A stretch of DNA of 62,981 nt from Octopus bimaculoides (taxonomy: Eukaryota): assembly GCF_001194135.2 (NCBI RefSeq), contig NC_068987.1, positions 5,656,948-5,719,928 of the forward strand. The letters run 5' to 3'. How positions within the stretch are numbered: position 1 is the stretch's first letter; every line of letters begins with the position of its first letter. Positions 25,496 through 38,300 of this stretch are shown piece by piece. Both the position numbers and the translations under genes were made by a program. Below the pieces are notes generated by a model that did not search any database, was not told where the DNA came from, and was given only the letters and a program-made list of their open reading frames with translations.

Positions 25496-27415
25496 ATCCA
25501 CACCTCTCCCATGCTGCCTTTGAAATAACAATAATAATAATAATAATAATAATAATCATTATTGTTTGGAAGAACATAATTTAGAGTTATTTTCGTATTG
25601 GAAGAGTGTTATTAAATTGCGGTGTTGAATTAGGTTTTTGTGTTGACTGAATCATTGTGTATTGAGATTATGGAGAGTCATTGCAATGTTGGCGTCTTCA
25701 AAACAAACGTATTTTCAAAAATATATATTTTTTTCAAATTACAGGAATAAGAAACTAATAGCACACAAACCTTTACCATAATCATTAGTGAGATAAATAG
25801 AATTAAAGTTAACTTGGAATCACTTCCAATACCGGCTTTGGTTTACATTATTTTTTCTTTTTACTTGCTATTTAATACTCAAATTCCAACTGTACACGGT
25901 GATTTATGAATGACTGGAATTTAATAGGGTCCATTGTATAATACCAGGTTTCTTGAAATTGGAGATAAATACACGTTGCGACGAAGGATTTAAACATCAG
26001 TCCAAGAGATATTTATTCTCGGCTGAATCTAGTTAGGTAAATACGAAAAACAGAAAATAAATACAGGACATTAACAAGAAAAAATAACACAAACAGTTTA
26101 TTTTATATTATTTGTTGTTTATTCAGTCTTTTGTTGTAACTGATTTTAAAATAAATTGTGTGTCGAAATGTAGGAGAGAGGCAAGATCTCTGTGAACTGT
26201 GTTGCAGAATTATCTCTAATTTCAAATTCTATTTGAAATATCGTCGTTTTATTTTCTTTTATCTGCGAATGATGTTATAAGCAACTGAAATAATGAAATA
26301 ATTTTATCTACTTTTTTTCTACTAGAAAATTGTGTTATTTTATTTCGTAATAAGTAAAATCTGACATTGTAAACCAACAAATTAACCATCAGTTTCTAGT
26401 TGGTGGATCGGTTTGAGCTTGTTTTGTTCCGTCTCTATCAATTCTCGGGGGTCAGTGACATATATTTGTACAACATGTATAAATAAAAGTATATCGACGA
26501 TCACTCAGCATAAATTTTTGATTTATTGAAATTATCTCCACCTCTAGAGGTTGTAGCATAATTGTTGAATATATATATAAAACAAAAAATTGGCTGTTCG
26601 TTTCTCTGAGGTTGGTCAAATTGATGTAGACGCCTCTGATGAGAATCCAATAAGATACGAATATCGATTAAATTTATTCAACCTTTTTACAATCTACGGA
26701 AAAACAACTTAACTAGCTTTGTTTATTCAGATATTATATAATTTACATACATATAACTTATACATATATTATATAATTTACATACATATAACTTATATAG
26801 ATACTATATAATTTACATACATATAACTTCTGGTGTAGTTTAAGTTCCAGAATTTCATGATTTATATGTGTTTTGCCCGCAATGCTTTGGTTAGATATGT
26901 CTTTACTCTGAATTGTTTTTTTTTTTCAGTCTATATATAAGACGGAAACTACAACGTGGTGGAAGATTGGATATATTCTATCGTGAAAATATTGAAGTCC
27001 TCTTCACTTTTGTTTTCTGTGTCTGTGATAAACTATGGCTGATTCAGCTAGCCAACCTCTTTCTCCTGTTTAAATATACAATTATATTCCTGGTGTAAGA
27101 AACGAAAAGCAGCCTCGGTATATTGTATTTATCTCTTAAGAGAAGAATTGTAAGTGACAGTTCAATGGTCTTCGATGACATTTTTATTGTTGTACGTTGT
27201 ATTCAATCATCGGAGCATAAAAAAGAAAACAAAAACAGAAATGACTGCAGAAGTAACAGTACCAGACATATTGATAATCAAACAATGCAAACAATAAGGT
27301 GTTATTGGTATTGTAAAATTTTTCATACAACCAGTAATAATAATAATAATAATGATAATAATGATAATAATAAAAATAATAATAATAATGATAATAATAA
27401 TAATGATAATAATAA

Positions 27416-27480
<65 letters not shown>

Positions 27481-27900
27481 GCCAATAAACCAGATATAGT
27501 TATCAAAGATCATGAAGGAAAAAAATGCTTTCTAATTGATGTATCAATACCAGCAGATGACAACGTTTCCCTAAAAGAAATGGAGAAAGTTTCAAAATAC
27601 AAAGACCTGGAAATAGAGGTAACTCGAATGTGGAGTCTAAAAACAGAAAGAATTCCTATCATAGTAGGTGCCTTAGGTACAATAAAAAAATATATTCAGA
27701 CAAATACATAACAAAAACACCAGGACTTACAAATATATATAACATACAGAAAATTGCACTACTGGGCACTGCACACATCCTACGCAAAACACTTTCAATA
27801 CAGTAACCACAAGAGCATCACAGCAAACCACAGCACATACCCAAGGCACATAGAGCTGCGCTCGGTAGTGAAATGAAAGCACGTTCTAAAAATAAAGCTA

Positions 27901-27903
<3 letters not shown>
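27481..27903 (+). mobile_element. 5'-truncated R4/Dong-like non-LTR retrotransposon (RLE domain + 3' UTR) inside (AAT)n
   Basis: ANKPDIVIKDHEGKKCFLIDVSIPADDNVSLKEMEKVSKYKDLEIEVTRMWSLKTERIPIIVGALGTIKK, a frameshift near 27691, then TPGLTNIYNIQKIALLGTAHILRKTLSIQ* (stop 27804-27806). PD-(D/E)xK-type RLE motifs; (AAT)n on both sides. Confidence 0.93.
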
Positions 27904-27935
<32 letters not shown>

Positions 27936-27939
27936 TGAT

Positions 27940-28335
27940 AATGGTTTCCAATTTTGGCTCGACGTCAGTAATTTCGGGGAAGGTGAGAAGTCGATTACGT
28001 ACGTACCAGTTACGCATTTTGTTCGGCGTGCTAAGAATTCAACTAACCCACCGCCGTCAATATCCTCTCTTCTTTAAGAACAAAACCTGATAATGTTTAG
28101 GGATGGGGGCTAGTCGGTTACATCGATCCCCACTTCTAGACTGACCCCGAAACGATGAAAGGCAATCTCAACGGAATTTGAGCCCAGAACGTAAAAACGG
28201 AAGGTATGCAGCTAATAAAAGCACAAGTCCTGGGGAGATTTAAGGGTGAGTTCTTACTCGAATTACATCGATCCGAATACTTGACGAGTATTTTATTTTA
28301 TCGACTCTGAAGGAAACACGAAAGGCAAAGGTGAT
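27940..28335 (-). mobile_element. Diverged SINE family A fragments
   Basis: aagtcgattacg, ctagtcggttacatcgatcc, gatgaaaggca, ggaatttgagcccagaacg motifs. Confidence 0.65.
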
Positions 28336-28662
28336 GGCAACGTTGTGGATATGTAGTGTTATGAAATGGACCGTATGACGAGATACTTCTTGAGTTTGCT
28401 GCGTTCATCCAATGTTGAGAAACGGTTTTAGAGACAAGCATACAACCACACAAATGTATTGTCAAAGACACTAATGTATTCATCAATAATAGACATTTGA
28501 ATAAATACACATTAATACGAGGTGGGTGAGATGATCCCGACCTTACCGCCACCTGACTTCTCTTCTTTTACAACGATAATTGCCACTACCATCACCACCA
28601 CCCCTACTACAATCACCACCACCCCTACTACAATCACCACCACCCCTACTACTACTGCTAAA

Positions 28663-28723
<61 letters not shown>

Positions 28724-29463
28724 CATCATCNNNNNNNNNNNNNNNNNNNNNNNNNNNNNNNNNNNNNNNNNNNNNNNNNNNNNNNNNNNNNNNNNNNNNN
28801 NNNNNNNNNNNNNNNNNNNNNNNNNNNNNNNNNNNNNNNNNNNNNNNNNNNNNNNNNNNNNNNNNNNNNNNNNNNNNNNNNNNNNNNNNNNNNNNNNNNN
28901 NNNNNNNNNNNNNNNNNNNNNNNNNNNNNNNNNNNNNNNNNNNNNNNNNNNNNNNNNNNNNNNNNNNNNNNNNNNNNNNNNNNNNNNNNNNNNNNNNNNN
29001 NNNNNNNNNNNNNNNNNNNNNNNNNNNNNNNNNNNNNNNNNNNNNNNNNNNNNNNNNNNNNNNNNNNNNNNNNNNNNNNNNNNNNNNNNNNNNNNNNNNN
29101 NNNNNNNNNNNNNNNNNNNNNNNNNNNNNNNNNNNNNNNNNNNNNNNNNNNNNNNNNNNNNNNNNNNNNNNNNNNNNNNNNNNNNNNNNNNNNNNNNNNN
29201 NNNNNNNNNNNNNNNNNNNNNNNNNNNNNNNNNNNNNNNNNNNNNNNNNNNNNNNNNNNNNNNNNNNNNNNNNNNNNNNNNNNNNNCATGCGGAGATTCC
29301 GTGCTAAAGCTGGCATTACGTGATCGTCGTTGCAAAGGAAGGGAATTAAACAGCTTTACATGCAATAATAATGATTATAACAAGAAGAAGAAGAAGAAGA
29401 AGAAGAAAAAGAAGAAGAAGAAGAAGAACAACAACAACAACAACAGTAATAATCCTTTATATT

Positions 29464-29664
29464 CTTTTCTAATCTAAGCACAAGGCCAGAAATTTTGTGG
29501 GAAGGGGCCAGTCAATTAGATCGACGCAACTGGTACTTAATTTATCGACCCCGAAAGGATGAAAGGCAAAGTCGACCTCGGTGGAATTTGAACTCAGAAC
29601 GTAAAAGCAGACGAAATACCGCTAAGCATAATTTCGCCCGGCGTGCTAACGTTTCTGCCAGCTG
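29464..29664 (-). mobile_element. SINE family A, near full length
   Basis: gcacaaggcc...tcgaccccgaaaggatgaaaggcaaagtcgacctcggtggaatttgaactcagaacg...gcgtgctaacgtttctgccagct. Confidence 0.92.
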
Positions 29665-29794
29665 TAGGGGAGGTCTGACCCGGGTGGCACTTTTGGGTCT
29701 GCTGCAGGCAATATACGTTTTTTGTGGGGTCTGGAGGCGGCAAACGGAAGGGCCGCCCCGGGCAGCACACACCCTAGCTACGCTAGTGACCCTA

Positions 29795-29939
29795 ATAATA
29801 AAAATTATGAATTGTATAAAAAAATTGTTGAAATATATTTTCTTGTAGAAGTATAACCAATTTATAGAACTCTAAATTTTAACAAGAAAATCTTATATGA
29901 ATCCCCAGGGGTCAAGTGGACCCCGCTTGAGAACCACAG
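29795..29939. mobile_element. Putative hAT-type non-autonomous element right end
   Basis: Ends in ggaccccGCTTGAGAACCACAG, close to the reverse complement of the CAGTGGTT(C/T)(T/G)CAACC terminus seen at 58239. Confidence 0.5.
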
Positions 29940-31381
29940 ATGTTTGATGCTGAGTTGTATTTTTGTGTGTCTGGTCTTGACATATCGAGACCGTGGATTG
30001 GGTTTGAAGTTGTCCCTAGATTTCGTATTTTATAGGGTTGACTATTTCTTTTATTTAAATAAAACAGGGTCCAGGATTTTGTTTTTTCGGTGTTGCCCGA
30101 AAGTTGAAAATATCAACAAACGTAGACTGCGCACTCTAGCGGGCAAGTCGGGCAACATCTAGTAGGTCCGGCAACTTCTGTTCTAGTAAGCGTTGACTTC
30201 TTTTTCCTTGACTGTTGCCCGAAAAACCTTGGTCCCGATTTTTTCGGTGTCAGCTCGGCTAGAAAGGGTGTTGCGCGGTCAACTAGAACAACACTCCTGC
30301 ATCCGCCACTGCAGAGATGTAATTTTATGTTGCTTAGTAAGATATTCTGTTTTGGTGTTTCTACAATTATTGCAAGATCTAAGTCGATAGTTGTGATATA
30401 TTGTTGAATTCTGAAAGCATAGATATAGAAATGGTGAATTGAGAGGGTTTCATAGAACATTGTAATGACGATAGAAATAGACGGGAAAACAGCAGAACGA
30501 TGGTATATCGTCATATTCTTGATGACTGTAGCGTTAGTGAGGGCAGGGGTGTTCATTTGTCGGTTCGGTAGCTTTTATGCTGATGTGATTTAAAATTATT
30601 ACAGCCGTTGAGCAACAAATGAGGAAATTAACATTAAAGTTAGTGATAATAAAATTAGAAAGAAAAAAAATAATGTGTTGAGAAAAAAATGAGATGCATT
30701 TGTCGAAGAAGACTTAATATCGATAGATATTCAAAGTGTAAATGGAAAACTCTGAAAAAGTTAGAAATGAAATTGCGTAATGTAAAAAAGAATGGAAGAT
30801 AAAAGAAAAAAAAAGATAGGTAAGAGATAAAAGTGACTATAAGCAATACGAAAATCCCAGAAGATATGTAAAACTGCAAGAAAATATGTTACATAAGATG
30901 TGCCAACTGACAAAGAAAAAAAATCTAAATAAGAAATAAATGAACACACCCACACAGACACAGACATATACATACACTCAGATTAAACGGCTCTCTTTAA
31001 AAGAGATACGGGTTTTTTAAAAACCACGAGAGAAAATGTAAAGAAACGACAGTAAAGATAAAACGACTAAACCGTATTATAATCTTCAGTAAATTTAGCA
31101 GGAGAATGGTTGAGGCTGGTTGCAGCTGGATAAAGTTGTTGATGAAATTTATCAAAACTTTCTTTTTAAATATCAGTAAATGTACTACTTGCCTGTAATA
31201 GCAAGGCGTTCACTTAAATATAATCTCGTAATGCATTAGGTTCAGCTGCTATATATAATTAACGGACAAATCTCCTTAGAATTTCAATATACTATCTCAT
31301 AAATAAATGAATATATCGAATAAAGTAGTTTTGAATGTAATTATATATACATAAATACATACACACAGACACAGACACACA

Positions 31382-31429
<48 letters not shown>

Positions 31430-31506
31430 CGTATATGAGAATATTTTGTAAACAAACCTAGAAGCGCCGAGTGAGTCGGTATTTGACAGAATTCCTGTAT
31501 TTTCGG

Positions 31507-31537
<31 letters not shown>

Positions 31538-31562
31538 CTTTAGAACACAAACACACACAATG

Positions 31563-31965
31563 CACGAAATTTTGGGGGAGGGGGGCAGTCGATTAGATCG
31601 ACCCCAGTACGCAACTGGTACTTAATTCATCGACCGTGAAAAGAAAAATCGACTTCGGCGGAATTTGAACTCAGAACATAAAGACAGACGAAATACCGCT
31701 AAGCACTTCGCCTGGCGTGCTAACGTTTCTTATTTCTTTATTGCCCACAAGGGGCTAAACATAGAGGCGGCAAACAAGGGCAAACAAAGGGATGAAGTCG
31801 ATTACATCGACCCCAGTGCGTAACTGGTACTTAATTTATCGACCCCGAAAGGATGAAAGGCAAAGTTGACCTCGGCGGAATTTGAACTCAGAACGTAACG
31901 GCCGACGAATTACCGCCAAGCACTTCGCCCGGCGTGCTAACGTTTCTGCCAGCTCGCCGCCTTAT
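31563..31965 (-). mobile_element. Two tandem SINE family A copies; the second has a variant 3' tail
   Basis: Two runs of cggcggaatttgaactcagaac; the intervening tttattgcccacaaggggctaaacatagagg tail is the reverse complement of 47075-47140. Confidence 0.9.
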
Positions 31966-33349
31966 CCGTTCTTTTTATTAGACACAAAAACACCAAGGAA
32001 ACAATAAGGATTAACTAAAGTGAAGGCTGAGTTGTCAGGGTGTTGCAATTAAACTCGCAGCATCGTGGTTTCCCTTCAATATTTAATTTTATATTTAATT
32101 TTAGGCTTGTCTCCTCCGAATTTCGTATCTAGAATTTACGATTTGAATATTCTTTTTCTTTTTACCTTCACTATAGTTGTCTTCATTATAGATAATTTTT
32201 CTCTTCATTACAGTATATTAATTAATTAACATCTTCACTCACTTCATCTTAGCGCTCGTTTTACTATTATTCCAATCCAAACCATTATCCATAACAAACT
32301 AAAGCCAACGGCATGGAAGAATTCTTCAATTAATGATCGATAATGCCAGTAAATTTTTCGGTGATGGCTGTCGTTTATAGTTTATCAATTCAAGGTTAGA
32401 TAACAAGAAAACTCAAAGAAAAAAATAGAAAAGATTTGCTTGGTAGTAAGCGTCTAATGTTCGAAGAGAAAAACATTAACATAGGTAATGGCGAAGCTAG
32501 TAGAAGCCAATGGCTGCAACAAACAACAGCAAAAATACGAAAGCACCTTGAAAAATAAATGGCGAGATGCCTTTAGGATTAAGGTAGAAGCAATTTAAAT
32601 TTGAATATGTAAATTTGAAGCTATAAGGTAAAATGCAAACAAAAGGGCAAGATATTTTTCTACAAACAAAAGAATATTGATGAGATGGGTTCACAGCCGC
32701 CACACTATAATTATTTGAATGATGCAAAAATGTATAAATATAAATATAGATGATATATTTTATGCTGCTGCTTTAGCAATAACTATTAAGAGAGAAATGA
32801 AACAGTATTATAGAGCAGAAGATACATAATTATCGGAAATCATAGACTAAACACAATGAAAACTGATCGAACTAAGAAAAAAACCAAAAATTTTGAAGAT
32901 AAAAGAAATATGAGAAAAGAATTTCAAATTTCAAAGAAACTAGTGTTTTTTCTTTTCCTTTCTGAAGAAAAATAGACATAATAATAAGAGTTACAAAAAG
33001 ACAAAGAAGTAATAAGAAAATAACAAAACAAAATTCTTGAGAAGAATAAAATTGGAAGTTTAGAAAGAAATGTGAAGAAAATTGATAGACCAACTAAATG
33101 AAAAGCAAATGGGAAATTTTGAAGACTAGGGTAGAGGTGATGAGGCTAATAAAGATAATAAACAGAATATTTTGCTATATGCATGAAGAGATAAAATTCG
33201 AAACTTCGGGGTAGAGCATTAATATTGTTTTCTTATTCATCTACCCGTTTTCTCCGCCCAGTAATACTGGTGTGGGCGTGGGGGTAGAATCCATAGGCAC
33301 ACTCTTCATAGGGTTCTGCCAGAAGCAACCGTCATCATTACACCGAAGG

Positions 33350-33744
33350 CCGGGGACAATCACGAGTGCCTAATAATTGAGGTGGCAGTGCCTGTAGGTC
33401 AACAGATCATGAAAGAAAGAGAAATGGTTAATAAATATGGAGATCTGAGACTTGAAGTCGCTAAAATGTGACAGCTACGAGAGTCAAACATAAAGGTTAT
33501 CCCTATTGTCATGGGAGCATTGGGTTGAATGCCACCCCATCTGAAAAAAACATCCGAAAACCTTAGAAATACCCTTCGATCTAGATGTATTGCAAAAGTC
33601 GGTATCACTTGGAACTCACGCATATTGCGTAAAATGCTGTTTGTCTGAGGTCATTGTTGTGACTTGACAAACAGTACAAACCCCCGGTAGACACAATATT
33701 TTCAATCAACTACCTCACGATAGTGTATACTGTGCGACCTCTAT

Positions 33745-33745
<1 letters not shown>
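33350..33745 (+). mobile_element. Decayed R4/Dong-like RLE 3' end followed by (AAC)/(AAT)n
   Basis: CLIIEVAVPVGQQIMKEREMVNKYGDLRLEVAKM*QLRESNIKVIPIVMGALG*, later ...LQKSVSLG...ILRKMLFV*; several stops. Confidence 0.8.
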
Positions 33746-33787
<42 letters not shown>

Positions 33788-33986
33788 CCACCAACAGCAA
33801 CAACAATAATAATAATAATAAATATTAATAAGCACTCGAAAGACTATTGAAATCTTGTTGATATCTATCGTTACAAGTAGTAATACGCTACACGCATAAA
33901 TTGTACCAGAAATAAGAACAAGCTCGAGTCTAATCAACACAACAGCAACAACAGCAACGATAACGACAATGAAAGCAACAACAACC

Positions 33987-34018
<32 letters not shown>

Positions 34019-34925
34019 AATGATAATAATAATGACAATAATAATGATAATAATAATCATAAAATAAATTTGCCATCGACATTCAGTGTGACACAGCAAA
34101 ATCAATCTGTCAGTCATTTGTACAGGGAGAATATATCCATCCATGGACATATTGGTCGGAATTCCGTCATATACAAGAGTAAAAGAAATACGAAACATGC
34201 TTGTATTGCAGTAACTGCCAACGATGACTGATTGAAGAAATTAACGCGAGAGAACAACAACTCCCAAATCAACACATCCGTCAAGGAATGATCTTGAATA
34301 ATGAGATGAATTTTAAAAAGAAGATTTAACTTGTTGATTTGTAACCTATGTAATATATTCAACGTAAATGCAATAAATTTGAATATCGAATATTCAGACC
34401 AAATCTTCGAAAGTGTAATATATGTACCATTTATCCTCCGAGAATTGCACGGAATTTAATATTCACATGTTGCATTTGGTTCTATGCTTATATGAAATTT
34501 GTAGTTTTAAATAAAGCAAACATATTTGGTCGAAGAGACAACAACTGTTCTGTTTGAGGCTTGATATTCTGTCCGTTAAGTCATCAATGGCTCTTCTGAT
34601 TTGTTCTTTTCTCTTTCTTTTAGTCATTGGATTGAGGTCCGGTTGAGGTGCCGGTTTAAAAGGTTTTTAGTCGAACAAATCGTCCTCAGTACATATGTTT
34701 CTTGCTAAAGAGTGTTACCCATTCTGTCGATGTATTCCGCCGAAACGGATAAGTTATGGGGATGTAAACAAGCCAACACCCGTTGTTAAGCAGTGCAGGG
34801 TGCAAAAACATCTATATTGTCTACTACATTGTAATTATTTCCGTTTCAAATTTTGACACAAGGTCAACAATTTCGGAGAAGCGGGTAAGTCGATTACCTC
34901 GACCCCAGTACGCAACCGGTACTTA

Positions 34926-35045
34926 TTGTCATCTTGTTTGTTATTAACATAACCTTTAGGCTGATACACCCTCCAGCCTTCATCAGGTGTCTTGGGGAAA
35001 TTTCGAGCCTGGGTTCTCATTCCTCAGGTACTTTTCGATGTTGTT
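34926..35045 (-). repeat. Left arm of inverted repeat containing a degenerate hammerhead-like motif (34946-34991)
   Basis: Reverse complement gacacCTGATGAaggctggagggtgtatcagccTAAAGgttatgtt; core GAAAC altered to TAAAG relative to the right arm. Confidence 0.85.
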
Positions 35046-35075
35046 GTTGTTGTTATTATTATTATTATTATTATT

Positions 35076-35144
35076 CAGTAGTTTTATTTTTATAACGTGC
35101 TTTCACTTCACTACCGAGCGCAGCTCTGTGCGCCTTGGGTATGT

Positions 35145-35145
<1 letters not shown>
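35076..35145 (-). mobile_element. 70-bp solo 3' UTR end of the R4/Dong-like element
   Basis: Reverse complement matches 27834-27903 with 5 mismatches by my count; (ATT)n on both sides. Confidence 0.9.
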
Positions 35146-35195
<50 letters not shown>

Positions 35196-35206
35196 TCACT
35201 GCCTGA

Positions 35207-35244
<38 letters not shown>

Positions 35245-35313
35245 CATAATAATAACATCGAAAAATGCCAAAAATACCTTAGGAATGAGAACCCAGATTC
35301 GAAACTTCCCCAA

Positions 35314-35359
35314 GACACCTGATGAAGGCTGGAGGGTATATCAGCCGAAACGTTGTGTT
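35314..35359 (+). ncRNA. Candidate type I minimal hammerhead ribozyme (Penelope-like-element type)
   Basis: Stem I GACAC(35314-18)/GTGTT(35355-59); core CTGATGA 35319-25; extra A 35326; stem II GGCTG(35327-31)/CAGCC(35342-46); GAAA 35347-50; zero-loop palindromic stem III AC|GT; cleavage triplet GTT ending at 35354. Activity not shown. Confidence 0.7.
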
Positions 35360-38300
35360 AACAACAAACAAGATGAGGACAAATATCCGTCAAATGTAAA
35401 TAATGTAAATAACGTAAATAATGTACTCGAAAATAATCATAAAGTTCGTTCCTGTGTTTCATGCCCAACAAATAATCTTCGTAGAACTGCAGCGATTTGC
35501 TTGCATTCAAAATGATTTTGATGTAAGCATCAGTTGTATTAATATCATTTTTAACGAATTTTGGGTGTTGAAGGAATAACTCCTTAGAAAAATTGAACAA
35601 TCTTCAGATGACTATAATTTGGTATCGTTGAACCAAACTAATGCCACAATTATATTGTCTTAGGTGGTAAGTTTCCTAATTCTAGTATTTACAGCGTTAA
35701 CTGTTTTCTGGTTAACTATACTTTACTCACTTTTAATGGGGTTAATTAAATTGCACGCAGGGCCTCCTACGGTGTCTGATGTATTTAAGCTTCCTTGGTA
35801 GTGGCAATATAGGGGAGGGACGGATCGTTTATTTATTTTTTTATTTTAGCTTCTAATATTGTTTGGTAAATGTTTGTAGTATGCACTTCTGCCCACACAC
35901 ACACGGATGTATACGCACACACACACACACACACACATCTGAGGTGTTTAACTCAAATCCTGAATTATCTATTGATTAATCAAAACTACAAGTTTTCTAT
36001 CAATATTTTGTTATGAATAGTTGGTTTCTTTTGAAAGAAAAACAATGCGGTCTTTGAAGTTGCAGAGGAATAGAGGAAAACGTGGCGAGAGACGGCAACG
36101 AAACGAGAGAGTGAGAGAAGGAGTGAGTGATAGAGAGTGATGGAGATAATGTGCAAAAAAACCCATCAACAACAAGAAAATAATAAAGAGCCGAGGAAGA
36201 GGAATCATAAAGGAAAGTACNNNNNNNNNNNNNNNNNNNNNNNNNNNNNNNNNNNNNNNNNNNNNNNNNNNNNNNNNNNNNNNNNNNNNNNNNNNNNNNN
36301 NNNNNNNNNNNNNNNNNNNNNNNNNNNNNNNNNNNNNNNNNNNNNNNNNNNNNNNNNNNNNNNNNNNNNNNNNNNNNNNNNNNNNNNNNNNNNNNNNNNN
36401 NNNNNNNNNNNNNNNNNNNNNNNNNNNNNNNNNNNNNNNNNNNNNNNNNNNNNNNNNNNNNNNNNNNNNNNNNNNNNNNNNNNNNNNNNNNNNNNNNNNN
36501 NNNNNNNNNNNNNNNNNNNNNNNNNNNNNNNNNNNNNNNNNNNNNNNNNNNNNNNNNNNNNNNNNNNNNNNNNNNNNNNNNNNNNNNNNNNNNNNNNNNN
36601 NNNNNNNNNNNNNNNNNNNNNNNNNNNNNNNNNNNNNNNNNNNNNNNNNNNNNNNNNNNNNNNNNNNNATATATACATATATATATGGAAAAAAGTCAAG
36701 TTAGAAAATGCTAAAATAATTTTATCATAAAAAACATTTCAGTCATTGAGACTTTTTCAACTCTAAGTATGGAAAACAATTAAATTATGGAAAAATTAAG
36801 TGAAAAGTTATTTAAAGGAATATTTGCATAATATTCAAATACAAGGGGCCCTTTCCTTGTTTCTACCTATCTCTGTCTCTCTTGTTTACTCATTTAATTT
36901 TTCCAAAAGTTTATTGTTTTCCATACTTAAAAAATTAGCTGAAAATGTCATGACGCTTATGGGGCTTACTCGTGCACGTGTACGCGAATTAATATAAAAA
37001 AGATACGAGGCTTTGCAAAGCATTCTGGGTAGCAAGCATTATAGATAATCGCTGGGGCGCGCTTCTGCAGTTCAAGCAGAATCTTTGACTGATCGTCGAC
37101 CCATCTATTCACAGATTAATTCGTGATAAATGATACGCATAACTGTGTTCACAGATGAATGTACAGTGTTATCTCGGATCAGTGATAAACGACGATAGAT
37201 GTATTCTGTATAAATTTCGTCATGGTAAGCTAGTTCTGTGGACACATCTTATTTATATCATCTTCCTTAATTCGCACCATAAAGTTATATCTAACTCTAG
37301 TTATAAGGTGACCGTATTCAGTAAAAACAAGATCTGAAAGTGAATTAGCTGATATTTTGAGCAGGAAATTGGCACAAGTAAATTCCGAACATTGTCTATT
37401 AATTTCGTCAGATTACGTATTACTTCGTGTCTCTATTTATTACGGTATTGTTTACAGCTTTCGTTAAGCAGAAGTAATGTCTGATATTTTGTATTACGTC
37501 TGCTTCTTTGTTTCTTTCAATGAGATGCATCTCATTCTCTAGATTTCTAGCTTTTATGTTTACAGCCAGATTAGCCTTCATCTTAACGTGATGTTTCTGC
37601 TAGGCCGGTTTCTGTGGTTTCATTCTGTAATTCCCTCCTGCCCCCACCTCTCTCTCTCTCACACACACACACAAACACACACTTATATATATATATGCCA
37701 GAGTTTGTATGACTGTGTCCAGATAAATGATATTGGTAAATGAAATTCTTCCATAGTCTGAATTTCACGTCATATATATATNNNNNNNNNNNNNNNNNNN
37801 NNNNNNNNNNNNNNNNNNNNNNNNNNNNNNNNNNNNNNNNNNNNNNNNNNNNNNNNNNNNNNNNNNNNNNNNNNNNNNNNNNNNNNNNNNNNNNNNNNNN
37901 NNNNNNNNNNNNNNNNNNNNNNNNNNNNNNNNNNNNNNNNNNNNNNNNNNNNNNNNNNNNNNNNNNNNNNNNNNNNNNNNNNNNNNNNNNNNNNNNNNNN
38001 NNNNNNNNNNNNNNNNNNNNNNNNNNNNNNNNNNNNNNNNNNNNNNNNNNNNNNNNNNNNNNNNNNNNNNNNNNNNNNNNNNNNNNNNNNNNNNNNNNNN
38101 NNNNNNNNNNNNNNNNNNNNNNNNNNNNNNNNNNNNNNNNNNNNNNNNNNNNNNNNNNNNNNNNNNNNNNNNNNNNNNNNNNNNNNNNNNNNNNNNNNNN
38201 NNNNNNNNNNNNNNNNNNNNNNNNNNNNNNNNNNNNNNNNNNNNNNNNNNNNNNNNNNNNNNNNNNNNNNNNNNNNNNNNNNNNNNNNNNNNAGAATGTG

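Noticed and set aside
26733-26830. About 34-bp AT-rich tandem triplication; also a 22-bp triplication at about 53785-53850
   Set aside because: Ordinary local slippage duplications with no additional structure.
26929-27098. Poly-T acceptor followed by ORF LYIRRKLQRGGRLDIF...
   Set aside because: No convincing donor and no recognisable homology.
32340-33200. Purine-rich stretch with faint L1/Tx1-like words (KIRKHLEK*MARCL*D*GR); similar composition at 30300-30940
   Set aside because: Too many stops and frameshifts, and no RT or APE core motif is readable; needs a profile search.
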